Shown here: piece after piece, positions 9,880-18,545 of the stretch
How the letters are laid out: each line of letters begins with the position of its first letter
Position numbering within the stretch: position 1 is the stretch's first letter
IMG/VR virus record: IMGVR_UViG_3300044613_001789
Location: 202-64,201 of that record
DNA from: a virus
Taxonomy: Duplodnaviria; Caudoviricetes
DNA: 64,000 bases
Strand: one strand, 5' to 3'
The notes under the pieces: model-generated
What the model saw: the letters and a program-made list of their open reading frames with translations, nothing else
Told to the model about the DNA's origin: nothing
Database searches by the model: none
Position numbers and translations under genes: made by a program

Positions 9880-10578
9880 ATGGCTGATTACATTGTAGTG
9901 CATTCGGTAAAAGTTGCAACGGAATTTGTCCCGCAGACCTTCGGTCGTTTAACGACCATTGGTCCGATATTCTGGTTGCCGGTCGGATCGACAAAAAAGC
10001 ATAGAAAGTACCAAGTGTGTCAGTGTGTTTGTGGGAATATAGTTTCATTAAGCGTGGCTGATTTAGTCACGTCACGAACGCAAAGTTGCGGCTGCCTCCA
10101 TAAAGAGAGACTGCGGCAACGTCTAACAAAACACGGAAGATCGCATACCCGCGAACACGTAGCATGGACATGCCTCATCCAACGATGCTATAACCCAAAT
10201 GACTGCGGATACGCTAACTACGGAGGACGCGGAATCCGCGTCTGCGATAGGTGGCTGGAACCGGACGGACAAGGGTTCATAAATTTCATCCAAGACATGG
10301 GTGAACGCCCATCTAAGGGACATAGCATCGATAGGATCGATGTAAATAGCCATTACTGCCCGGAAAACTGCCGATGGGCAACACGCACAGAACAGAACAG
10401 GAACCAAAGAACTAATCACGTATTGACTTTCAACGGTAAAACCCAATGCCTTGCAGCATGGGCAGAAGAGCTAGGGTACCACAAAGGTTTAATACGAGAC
10501 AGATTATGTTTACTAGGCTGGTCTATAGACAAAGCCCTAAAAACACCACCTCGTTCTCGTAAACAGAAACCACGTTAA
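9880..10578 (+). CDS. Free-standing HNH-type endonuclease, copy 2
   Basis: Same motif set as copy 1, with SIDRIDVNSHYCPENCRWAT. Confidence 0.85.
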   Translation: MADYIVVHSVKVATEFVPQTFGRLTTIGPIFWLPVGSTKKHRKYQVCQCVCGNIVSLSVADLVTSRTQSCGCLHKERLRQRLTKHGRSHTREHVAWTCLIQRCYNPNDCGYANYGGRGIRVCDRWLEPDGQGFINFIQDMGERPSKGHSIDRIDVNSHYCPENCRWATRTEQNRNQRTNHVLTFNGKTQCLAAWAEELGYHKGLIRDRLCLLGWSIDKALKTPPRSRKQKPR

Positions 10579-11222
10579 ATTTCGTCCCAGTGGTCGCGAT
10601 GGATAGCTATGCAGTCTCCCCAATCGACATCATTTAACATCTCTATGGCTTCCGCCATAGAGATCCAATTAGATGCCCAGTAGCGGCTCTCGGCGGCAAA
10701 TCGGTAGCGATATTTACTGCCCAGTAATCTAATCGCCTCTTCTGTCACCCCGGCAAGTGATTGCAACAAGCACTTGCCGCCGTGGTACTCAATTGATATT
10801 CTGGGAGGCTTTATATCTCCTAGTGATCTAATAACGGCGGGTTCCCCGCCTTCGCAGTCCACCTTGATAAAATCGAAGGGCCCGAATACCTGCCAAATGG
10901 TATCCAACCGCATGGTATCGACCTTTCGGATATCAATATGCCGATCCCAGCCAAAAGTTTTAGAGGCTTCATTAGGCCAGGATGGACTAGAGCTACTGAA
11001 TCGGTCGTCATGTCCTACATAAAATAGGATTCGGTCCTCCACGTCGCTTACAGCGACCGGCAGCACGACAGCGGCCCCGGCAGCCAACACCGCTTCGCGG
11101 TGCTCTGCTAAGGGCTCCGCCGCAATAACGGTAGCCCCGGCCTTGGCCGCTTCAGCGGTCCAAGCCCCGGTGTTCGCGCCTATGTCACAAACTAACCAAC
11201 CCGGTTTCAAATCAATCAGCAT
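10575..11222 (-). CDS. FkbM-family SAM-dependent methyltransferase
   Basis: DIGANTG, AEP, FIKVDCEGGE. Confidence 0.9.
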   Translation of the reverse strand: MLIDLKPGWLVCDIGANTGAWTAEAAKAGATVIAAEPLAEHREAVLAAGAAVVLPVAVSDVEDRILFYVGHDDRFSSSSPSWPNEASKTFGWDRHIDIRKVDTMRLDTIWQVFGPFDFIKVDCEGGEPAVIRSLGDIKPPRISIEYHGGKCLLQSLAGVTEEAIRLLGSKYRYRFAAESRYWASNWISMAEAIEMLNDVDWGDCIAIHRDHWDEI

Positions 11223-11291
11223 GTTATTTACCCTTTGAGAGCGCCGCGACCAGAAAGGCCCCGACTAGAAGTTCAATTATCACATCCATTT

Positions 11292-11609
11292 TCAATCCCC
11301 TTGATTCAGAATTTCATAACTGGTTTCCGACGCGGCCACTATAGCCGCATCAATCATCGCATCAAGTGCGATAGTGTCATTGGCCAAGGCACCGGAACGC
11401 CTAGCTCCGTATCGTTGCACAATGTGCCGTATAACCCAGTCTGGATGCATCCGGCTACTTTTGTGCATGTACGGCCACAGATGCGGTTCTACCGCATTTT
11501 GGAGCCTTTGGGCGGCCTTGTCTAGACGGTCCTGGGTTACTAGCGGCTTTAGCCGCTCTCTAACCAGGGACTCGTCGGCCATTGTTCGGTCGAATTGGAT
11601 TGAGTTCAT
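11292..11609 (-). CDS. Hypothetical early protein
   Basis: Start preceded by GGGGATTATTGAA motif. Confidence 0.65.
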   Translation of the reverse strand: MNSIQFDRTMADESLVRERLKPLVTQDRLDKAAQRLQNAVEPHLWPYMHKSSRMHPDWVIRHIVQRYGARRSGALANDTIALDAMIDAAIVAASETSYEILNQGD

Positions 11610-11610
11610 T

Positions 11611-11820
11611 TCAATAATCCCCATCGCAGAGTATTCGGACGTGCCGATGATGTGTCGGAAGCGGAACCAATTGTACCGGCTTGATAGTCTGCTGTAGGCC
11701 CATTTGAATCAATTGGGTTTCAACCATAGTGATAGCCAATTGTACATTGTCTGCCGTAACGACTAAAGCCGTCCCGACAGGGTAATGTCCCTTAAAATCT
11801 GTACAGGTCCAGGTTTTCAT
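11611..11820 (-). CDS. Hypothetical early protein
   Basis: MKTWTCTDFKGHYPVGTALVVTA...ILCDGDY; ATGA overlap. Confidence 0.7.
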   Translation of the reverse strand: MKTWTCTDFKGHYPVGTALVVTADNVQLAITMVETQLIQMGLQQTIKPVQLVPLPTHHRHVRILCDGDY

Positions 11821-12056
11821 CTGCGGTAAGTTCCTCTCCTTGCAATTGGGAAGTAAATCCAAGGCCGGACTTTCATTGCAGTCCGCCAATCCATCAAGCT
11901 GACGCAAAAGCAACCCGGTTGCCGGGTAGGCCAATTGAATTCCTCTAGGTCGTCATCCTTGCAGACATCGCCCCTAGTTCGTTTATATGCCATCAAGGCA
12001 GTTTCACCCTCTCGCCGGTATCGTTGATACCGGCTTAAATCGTCTTTATTCATCAT
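11817..12056 (-). CDS. Hypothetical early protein
   Basis: Overlaps neighbours; start uncertain. Confidence 0.5.
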   Translation of the reverse strand: MMNKDDLSRYQRYRREGETALMAYKRTRGDVCKDDDLEEFNWPTRQPGCFCVSLMDWRTAMKVRPWIYFPIARRGTYRR

Positions 12057-12297
12057 TTTCCTCGACTCCGTAAATCTCTTTCCTTGCGATAGCCGCCATT
12101 TTTTCATTGCGAGCGCGAACATGATTCATGTTGTTCGTGCCGTCGTTCGGTCGTTCAATCCAACCTGTAGTCCCGTTGCCTGTAACAGGCCCGATAAACG
12201 TAGCCTCAGGATCAATGAACCGAATGGACCGCTTAATCCGATTAGCGGCGGCTAGGGTGAATTTGCGTTGTGTCGAAAAAACGTAATACATTTTCAA
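12046..12297 (-). CDS. Hypothetical early protein
   Basis: AAGGA-type RBS; 83-aa ORF. Confidence 0.65.
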   Translation of the reverse strand: MKMYYVFSTQRKFTLAAANRIKRSIRFIDPEATFIGPVTGNGTTGWIERPNDGTNNMNHVRARNEKMAAIARKEIYGVEENDE

Positions 12298-12309
12298 ACT
12301 TCCTTCAAA

Positions 12310-12474
12310 TTAGAGACGGGAAACGAGGGCACCGAGCACGAAGCCGACCAAGCCGGCTATCAGTGCGGTGTAGTAAGTTAGGCGGCGGATGCCGTCTACG
12401 GAATACCGGCGTTCGGAAGCGGCATAGCCGCTTAGGTAGGCCGATTGTTCGATATCATCAATTGGGGTATTCAT
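12310..12474 (-). CDS. Small single-TM membrane protein (54 aa, not in ORF track)
   Basis: MNTPIDD...YTALIAGLVGFVLGALVSRL; ATGA overlap with upstream gene. Confidence 0.6.
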   Translation of the reverse strand: MNTPIDDIEQSAYLSGYAASERRYSVDGIRRLTYYTALIAGLVGFVLGALVSRL

Positions 12475-12686
12475 GTTGGGATTGCTTTCGGTTGGAGTCG
12501 AAGTAGAGCGGCAACCTTTGCTTGCTCTTTACTGTCAGCATAGACCGCGAAGCGGTCACGCCATTCGTGATCGGCGTTGCCGATTGGGCAGCATTCGGCA
12601 ACCCACCATCGATTGCGGATATCGATGTGTCTATCGGCTCTCCAATGGCGACCGTCGTCTAGTTTCCAGAATATGGTTGAGTTCAT
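12471..12686 (-). CDS. Hypothetical early protein
   Basis: ATGA overlaps at both ends. Confidence 0.6.
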   Translation of the reverse strand: MNSTIFWKLDDGRHWRADRHIDIRNRWWVAECCPIGNADHEWRDRFAVYADSKEQAKVAALLRLQPKAIPT

Positions 12687-12964
12687 GCGAAATTAGCCTC
12701 ATAACAGTAGTAATTGAGAATGGCTTTCGACAATCCGCGAACGGATCGCTTATTGGTCACCGCGACCAAACTTTGACCGTTGTAAACGGTCCCGTGAAAC
12801 TGGGCACAAGCTGACTCTGGCGAATCAGCTTCGACGATCAATACTAGGCTGAAGCGGTTCGCTTCGAAGCTGTTTTTAGGATTCGGGGATGCAGAACGCA
12901 TCGATTGGTTGGCGGCATTCCATCCGGTACGGATGACGTAGTAGGTTTTGAGTGGTTTCGGCAT
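12683..12964 (-). CDS. Hypothetical early protein
   Basis: AAGGA then MPKPLKTYYVIR. Confidence 0.6.
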   Translation of the reverse strand: MPKPLKTYYVIRTGWNAANQSMRSASPNPKNSFEANRFSLVLIVEADSPESACAQFHGTVYNGQSLVAVTNKRSVRGLSKAILNYYCYEANFA

Positions 12965-12968
12965 GGGT

Positions 12969-13211
12969 TTATCCTTTGTGTAGAGAATCCAAATTGACTT
13001 CAAGCCGTTTGCCGTCAATTTCTTGACGACCGCGAATACCAGCATCGTTCGAGCAATTGCACCCGGCGATACCGCACAAAGTACGCTTGGCTTTCTTGAT
13101 TTGGTTGGCGTTGGGATACGCCACGGCAGTATGGTAGATATGGCTGAGGACTTCGCAGCGTAGATTTACGCTGGTATTGTGGAAATCGTTGGTGAGGGTT
13201 ATTAGTCTCAT
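12969..13211 (-). CDS. Hypothetical early protein
   Basis: ITLTNDFHNT...LCGIAGCNC motif. Confidence 0.7.
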   Translation of the reverse strand: MRLITLTNDFHNTSVNLRCEVLSHIYHTAVAYPNANQIKKAKRTLCGIAGCNCSNDAGIRGRQEIDGKRLEVNLDSLHKG

Positions 13212-13417
13212 GTTGGGATTGCTTTCTGTAATAGGTTAGCGAATTCGGCGAACTGGGCTAGCGTCAGATCGGTATCGACAGCATCCGCGAACGGATGCGA
13301 CAGCCGCACGGAAACAAAATCCTTCGCGGGATTGTGCATATAGAAGCGAGTCACCGTCAGATCGCCCACTGAGGCGATCACTTCGCTTGATTTGACCGGG
13401 TTCAGGCGGTATCTCAT
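13208..13417 (-). CDS. Hypothetical early protein
   Basis: ATGA overlaps. Confidence 0.6.
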   Translation of the reverse strand: MRYRLNPVKSSEVIASVGDLTVTRFYMHNPAKDFVSVRLSHPFADAVDTDLTLAQFAEFANLLQKAIPT

Positions 13418-13692
13418 TCTGATTCCTTAAATCCTACTAATTGGCGAAATGTGATTGGGCAGAAATAGGCCGAGGTCTGTAGCCCGTGATGGACCGGCTT
13501 CCGGCGATACAATTCAAAGGCTTCCATCTGGACGCCACCGCAATAGGTGCCGGTAACCCGGCGAACGCCGTAATTTTGCATGGTATCCCCGAAAAACTTC
13601 ATGGCCGGGCGGCTAAAGAAGTTCGAGTTCGGATTGTATTCCTGGACGAAATACTTCAAATCAGAAGCGGTTTTAATTTGACTAGCTAACAT
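13414..13692 (-). CDS. Hypothetical early protein
   Basis: TTGGAGATTATTGGA start motif; FFSRPAMKFFGDTM motif. Confidence 0.7.
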   Translation of the reverse strand: MLASQIKTASDLKYFVQEYNPNSNFFSRPAMKFFGDTMQNYGVRRVTGTYCGGVQMEAFELYRRKPVHHGLQTSAYFCPITFRQLVGFKESE

Positions 13693-13777
13693 TCCAATAA
13701 TCTCCAAAAGGTGGGTAAGGTAAAACGGTAACCGGGACCGGCTAGCCGGGCGAGCTAGCCGGGAATCGGGTATCGTC

Positions 13778-14320
13778 TCAGTAATCCGAGAACAGGTCAC
13801 GCAATTCAGTCAATTCAGCTTCATTGAAGAATCGACGGAATTTCAGGGCAGTTTGCAGACAGGCTTCATAAACCTTAGCCGCCTTGCGGCTATCGGTATC
13901 GTGGCCCAATTCACTAGCCCAATCTTCAAAGCAAGCGAAGTACACCACATCGGAATCCATCAACAAGCAATAGAAAACATCGGCTTTCGCGGGAGGCGCT
14001 AACGGTTTCGCCCTTAACCTGCGATACATATCGTTTTTGTAGTCGATTGTATGATTCAGTCCGGTTTCGCACGTTTCGGCTACCGCATCGCGGTAGATAA
14101 CAAGGTTATTCCCGTGCTGATATTTAGGAATGTGCCCAACACCTTGCGAGTAATCGGTAGAGAATTCCGTCCGCCCGGCTTTCAGGGTTATAACCCAGTT
14201 GAGGTTGCATTGCTTTTCGTCGCGAGATCGCGACCTAGAAAACGGCACAAAGGTAGCCGAGTATTCGACTTTGGCGGTTAGCTCGTCGAAGCGAGCTTGG
14301 TTGAATGTTGCGGTTGTCAT
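13778..14320 (-). CDS. Hypothetical early protein
   Basis: TTGGAGATTATTGAA start motif; FEDWASELGHDTDSRKA motif typical of phage early genes. Confidence 0.75.
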   Translation of the reverse strand: MTTATFNQARFDELTAKVEYSATFVPFSRSRSRDEKQCNLNWVITLKAGRTEFSTDYSQGVGHIPKYQHGNNLVIYRDAVAETCETGLNHTIDYKNDMYRRLRAKPLAPPAKADVFYCLLMDSDVVYFACFEDWASELGHDTDSRKAAKVYEACLQTALKFRRFFNEAELTELRDLFSDY

Positions 14321-14351
14321 TTCAATAATCTCCAAGGAAAAAAGGGTTAAA

Positions 14352-14531
14352 TCAAGAATTGAACAGTTCAGGATACACATTAACGGGGTCCGTCCGATCA
14401 AGACCTCGCATCATTTCACTGACCACGGAAAACGGCATCCAATTAGGTAGTTCCAGTATTACGGCATCGGTAATGCCATAGAATACTTGCCATTTTCCGG
14501 TTGTCTCGCATTTGTGTGCGTGGTATTTCAT
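14352..14531 (-). CDS. Small hypothetical early protein
   Basis: TTGGAGATTATTGAA start motif. Confidence 0.55.
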   Translation of the reverse strand: MKYHAHKCETTGKWQVFYGITDAVILELPNWMPFSVVSEMMRGLDRTDPVNVYPELFNS

Positions 14532-14696
14532 TTCAATAATCTCCAAGTGTTAGTAGTAAACAGTCCAAAATCCGTTGAAGAAAATATCAACGGATTCAAT
14601 TCCGTCAAGGTCACTTAAATTCGGCGTGATTTTCCATTGTCCGTCAATCCATCCACGATAAAGCATAATTCGCAATCCTTTGCGGGGTAAAAAGTG

Positions 14697-14978
14697 TTAT
14701 CGGTAAATCTGCGAATGCTGGGCTTCCAGCCATGTCAGCATCGCTTCATCACTACAAGCGGCTAAAATAAGTCGGAGGTTCGGACTATCCTTGCCGTATT
14801 CAAGGCGATACCGAGACGTTACCAAATGCGCTTCATCCTCGTCGAGATGCTGAATTAGGATTTCGATTCCATCAGGTACGGATTCGCTTTCCCATCTCAT
14901 CACATAGCAGACATTCAGCATATCATCGACGCCCTTAATCCAGTTTGCGATGATTCGGTTGTAAACTAGCATTCGCAT
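14697..14978 (-). CDS. Hypothetical early protein
   Basis: GAGG RBS. Confidence 0.6.
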   Translation of the reverse strand: MRMLVYNRIIANWIKGVDDMLNVCYVMRWESESVPDGIEILIQHLDEDEAHLVTSRYRLEYGKDSPNLRLILAACSDEAMLTWLEAQHSQIYR

Positions 14979-15029
14979 TTTATTTCCCTCAAATTTGGGT
15001 TATCTCGTTAAATCGTCATTTTGGCCCAT

Positions 15030-15088
15030 TAGACGCGTTCCGCGTCTAACTGGTGTGGTTATAGCTATTCGGACGCGGAACGCGTCTA
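15030..15088. repeat. 17-bp inverted repeat whose arms are themselves palindromic
   Basis: TAGACGCGTTCCGCGTC (15030-15046) and GACGCGGAACGCGTCTA (15072-15088). Confidence 0.9.
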
Positions 15089-15340
15089 CGGTGCCAATTT
15101 GGAGGTTTGGAGGGCTTTTAAGTCCCCGCACTCGGCAGCATGGCAAAAACAATCGGAAAATTGTCGCATAGCGTCGGCTAGGTCGGTTGCCAGTTGCGTT
15201 TCCAGGCCATAGTGAACGGCGTAGCCGTTTCGATGTTTGGTGACATATAGCCGGATATCGTCCTGCCGGATAACAATCGTTCCGGTAACTTTGACTTCCT
15301 GTTGGATGCCTTGCCAGTCGCGGTAGTTGTATCGGTACAT
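15086..15340 (-). CDS. Hypothetical early protein
   Basis: AAGGAG RBS. Confidence 0.7.
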   Translation of the reverse strand: MYRYNYRDWQGIQQEVKVTGTIVIRQDDIRLYVTKHRNGYAVHYGLETQLATDLADAMRQFSDCFCHAAECGDLKALQTSKLAP

Positions 15341-15364
15341 TCAGTTTTCTCCTTTGTGTATTTC

Positions 15365-15784
15365 CTATCTTGCTGAATCGAGTTGATGTTGAAAATGGGC
15401 GGCTAGCTCTTGGGATAGCTGGGCGTTTCGGGCTTGCTGTTCAAAGTAGGCGTTTTCAAATTGTCCCGGCTTACATAGTCGCAGAGGATAAAAACTACCT
15501 AGTTGAGCATCCATTAGGATTTGCTTGGATTCCTCAAGGCTTGCCTTGCTGTATTCAGGCAATCTCTCACAAATCAAATCGTGGAGCATGTTGGCGAATC
15601 GGCACGCCGTTTGGAAGTAGTTGCAATGGGCGATACACGCCCCTGTATTCGGATCACTAACAGTGAAATCTTTAGCCCCTACTTCACGGACGACGAAAAA
15701 GCATCCGGGCACCCTATAGGCGGGGTAACTGATGCGAGTCAATCCATCTTCACATAAAACAGATAGAATTGTATTGGTTTTCAT
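15365..15784 (-). CDS. Hypothetical early protein
   Basis: 139-aa ORF in the leftward cluster. Confidence 0.6.
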   Translation of the reverse strand: MKTNTILSVLCEDGLTRISYPAYRVPGCFFVVREVGAKDFTVSDPNTGACIAHCNYFQTACRFANMLHDLICERLPEYSKASLEESKQILMDAQLGSFYPLRLCKPGQFENAYFEQQARNAQLSQELAAHFQHQLDSAR

Positions 15785-15793
15785 GATATTCCA

Positions 15794-16210
15794 TTAGCGT
15801 AAAACGAGCGGGTAAAAAGAGTACACTGGCAATCCGGCTTCCCGGCGTGCCATTGCATCAAGAGCTTTATAGCAATCATATTCCGAGTCGCCCCGGCTGG
15901 GTTCGCTTGACATTCCGGGCTTGAAAACTCGCCCGATGCTGCAAAGCGCCCGGTATTCGTCGGACCATTGGCCGGAATGCCATTGGGAGAGATGCCAATA
16001 CGCGGCGACTAGCAATGAATCCAGCGATACGTACGAGCTTTCACCTATGTAGATCCAATCGTCATTGTCGCCGGGATAGTCGCTTATCAGTCTCGCAAGC
16101 AAGTCTAATGCTTGCACTGTTTTGGCGTAGGTTAGCGGCGGGTTCCGGTGGAAGATCGATTTGTAGATTGCCGTATGCAATGCTTTGATTTTCGGAATGT
16201 GGTTTTTCAT
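15794..16210 (-). CDS. Hypothetical early protein
   Basis: AAGGA RBS; YWH...WHSGQWS..YRAL motif. Confidence 0.7.
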   Translation of the reverse strand: MKNHIPKIKALHTAIYKSIFHRNPPLTYAKTVQALDLLARLISDYPGDNDDWIYIGESSYVSLDSLLVAAYWHLSQWHSGQWSDEYRALCSIGRVFKPGMSSEPSRGDSEYDCYKALDAMARREAGLPVYSFYPLVLR

Positions 16211-16226
16211 TTCAAATTTCCTTGGT

Positions 16227-16556
16227 TTAGAGGTATCTTTCGGCAATATCGCCCCACGAACTCACAATAAATCGGCTTTTGTAGTAACAAATTGTGAGAT
16301 CGTAGGTTTCGCCGGTGTGGAGGTATTGGATAGTAAATACATCCTGCCCATAATCGCTAGTAGTGCCCTCAACTCCGAATGTACCCAAATCAGGGTATCG
16401 GGCTTCCGTTAATTGCAGGGCGTGAGCTACGGCATGCGATGGATGCGCATATCTGTATTCAGGGGAGATAATCAGTTTGTCGAATTGTCGCTTGGCATAG
16501 TTGCGGGCTTTCCGCAGATAGTCCAATCGGGATTGTGTGCTTTGTTGCTGGATCAT
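16227..16556 (-). CDS. Hypothetical early protein
   Basis: FGVEG, YL.TGETY..T, SSWGD motifs of a common phage early family. Confidence 0.7.
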   Translation of the reverse strand: MIQQQSTQSRLDYLRKARNYAKRQFDKLIISPEYRYAHPSHAVAHALQLTEARYPDLGTFGVEGTTSDYGQDVFTIQYLHTGETYDLTICYYKSRFIVSSWGDIAERYL

Positions 16557-16569
16557 GGTTTATTCCGTT

Positions 16570-16911
16570 CTAAAGTACGTTAGCTAGTGATTTTCGCAGC
16601 GACCGGAATATAGAAAGATGGAATTTCAAAGCGGATAGCATATCTTGAATTGTGCTGAATTGTTGCTCCAAAATACCGCAATTGTCCGCCATTTCGTTAT
16701 CGGTGGTATATTCCAGCAATACACGGAACCCGCCACCGTCGCGGGTATTTCTTTCCACTACTCCTGATATAGAATAGTTCGTGCGGATATAATACCGGCG
16801 TTCTATCGCCGAACTGTCACATTCGACAATGCATTCAGTATGTAGTCCGGATTCTATTAAGTGCGATTGTAATTTGTCCTGTACAGTATCGATACGGGTT
16901 TTGGTTGCCAT
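16570..16911 (-). CDS. Hypothetical early protein
   Basis: TTGGAG RBS. Confidence 0.65.
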   Translation of the reverse strand: MATKTRIDTVQDKLQSHLIESGLHTECIVECDSSAIERRYYIRTNYSISGVVERNTRDGGGFRVLLEYTTDNEMADNCGILEQQFSTIQDMLSALKFHLSIFRSLRKSLANVL

Positions 16912-16960
16912 GATATCTCCAATCTAAAGGTTAACAACGGTCGTCACATGACGACCCCAG

Positions 16961-17005
16961 AGCATACGGCGGGACTCGAACCCGCCGCTAACCGGCTTGT
17001 ATGCT
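16961..17005 (-). ncRNA. tRNA-like mini-element (acceptor-like stem plus T-arm, no anticodon arm)
   Basis: Minus strand AGCATAC-AAGCCGGTTAGC-GGCGGG-TTCGAGT-CCCGCC-GTATGCT. Confidence 0.55.
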
Positions 17006-17273
17006 ATACAATCCAATCGGCATAAGCGCCGACGCATCCATCCCGCCAACAATAATCGGAGCCCGCCCAGCTATCAACGGGCATTCCTTGGATTCCAAGA
17101 GCTTTCTTGATTCGTCGGCTTACGGTTCTATCGCTTGCGGTTGTAGGCACTACAACCGTGCGACGGCGCACCCAACAGTAGTTGCCACTCCAAGAGCCCC
17201 CTTCGTTCCAAAGGTCAGTACATTCGGCACGAATGAAGGCAATTGGGGTACTTTGTTCGCAGATCATTATCAT
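17004..17273 (-). CDS. Hypothetical early protein
   Basis: E.TD...G...NYCWVRR motif. Confidence 0.7.
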   Translation of the reverse strand: MIMICEQSTPIAFIRAECTDLWNEGGSWSGNYCWVRRRTVVVPTTASDRTVSRRIKKALGIQGMPVDSWAGSDYCWRDGCVGAYADWIV

Positions 17274-17518
17274 TTTCGGTTACTTTCTTGGAGTTCAGCC
17301 ATTATGTCGGCCAATTGGTTATCTAGTTCCGGATAGCTATTCCCATACAATTGCACAAATAAGCTGGGGTACAATTCAAAAACCGCAATCGCTTTGGTAT
17401 CGGCCAACAATCGATTCAGGCCAAATCTATTCCGTAGGTCACATACGTCAAGACGTAGGATAGGCATTCCGCCTATGCCTATATCTTCATTCGTGGCATA
17501 CCATATTTCTCCGTTCAT
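17270..17518 (-). CDS. Hypothetical early protein, first gene of the leftward cluster
   Basis: GGAG RBS; ATGA overlap with next gene. Confidence 0.6.
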   Translation of the reverse strand: MNGEIWYATNEDIGIGGMPILRLDVCDLRNRFGLNRLLADTKAIAVFELYPSLFVQLYGNSYPELDNQLADIMAELQESNRK

Positions 17519-17547
17519 TATTTACAATTCTCCAGTTGGAGTAAACG

Positions 17548-17577
17548 AAAAAAGGGAGCCAACAATTGGCTCCCTTG
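17548..17577 (-). terminator. Intrinsic terminator
   Basis: Minus strand AAGGGAGCCAA-TTG-TTGGCTCCCTT followed by a T run. Confidence 0.75.
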
Positions 17578-18074
17578 AAACCGACAATCTAGCATTGCAC
17601 TAGAAAGGAGCGGTCTAAACTGAATCGGATTAACTAATTCCTATCGTCTAGATTCTCATATCGGTGGGTTGTTTTGTATTTCGTAGTCTCTATTCCTATC
17701 GCCCATTCTGGGTTAGCAAACTGCTAACAATTCCTAGTTGCTAGCCATTACTTTGTTTGCTGTCATTTCCTTAATTCGATAGTTGGAGTCATTTTCGCGG
17801 ACTCCACAATACTTTCCCTATAGCTCTATTGTGGTGACATTGCCATATCGTAAGGTAGTCCCCTAAGAAAGGTTTGCTACGATATCGCCCACAATCGCTA
17901 ACTAGGTTATCCGTTCCCAAAATACGGCAGAACGAACAACCGAGAAACTATTGTTTCGCGACTAACGGGAGTGGACTACTTTTGAAGGTAATCCTATCGA
18001 CCCTCCCGATAGATTAGACGATATTGCTATTCGTCATTCCCCAACCAGTATATGGGGATTAGTGGCTATCCAAA

Positions 18075-18086
18075 TTGTCAAAGATC
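18075..18086 (-). promoter_or_regulatory. boxA-like antitermination site
   Basis: GATCTTTGACAA on the minus strand; the embedded TTGACA has no -10 at 17 bp. Confidence 0.55.
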
Positions 18087-18545
18087 GGACGGTTTACCAA
18101 TACAGCCAACTATTCGGTTGGGTAATACGGTGGGGTTGTTTCCCATGCGTAGGGTATCGGTAAACCAGGAATGGCGGACTAGGCCGGATGCGTAAGCAGT
18201 CGAAAGCGACTCCTATAACGAGTAATCGGTATATCGGAGATACTGGAAACCGCTTCCCGTATCCTAGGGCCTTTAGGCCCTTCGTCGCCTAAAGGCGACC
18301 CGGTTTCCATCAGCTTCTCAGCCGGTTTCCACCGCGTCACCGTTTCCCGGCGACGTATGCATGATATCGGCAGCCACTAGCCAAAGCAATAGCCAATATC
18401 CTAGAATTCTGCCAAGAATTACCAAAATAAGGCTCTGGACCAACAAAAACACTAGGAAACAATCTTCCCAGTGTTTTCTAAGATTCCCAGTACCATTCCT
18501 CACTAGACACTTAGTATTTGCGAAAGGGCTTAGAGGCCAAAAACC

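Larger units (their letters stand above)
17548..18086 (-). ncRNA. Candidate large structured non-coding RNA or leader (~540 nt)
   Basis: No ORF of 60 aa or more; dense hairpins; bounded by a boxA-like site and an intrinsic terminator. Confidence 0.5.

Noticed and set aside
16961-17005. Complete tRNA gene or attP
   Set aside because: Only 45 nt, no anticodon arm, no CCA, and no integrase in the window
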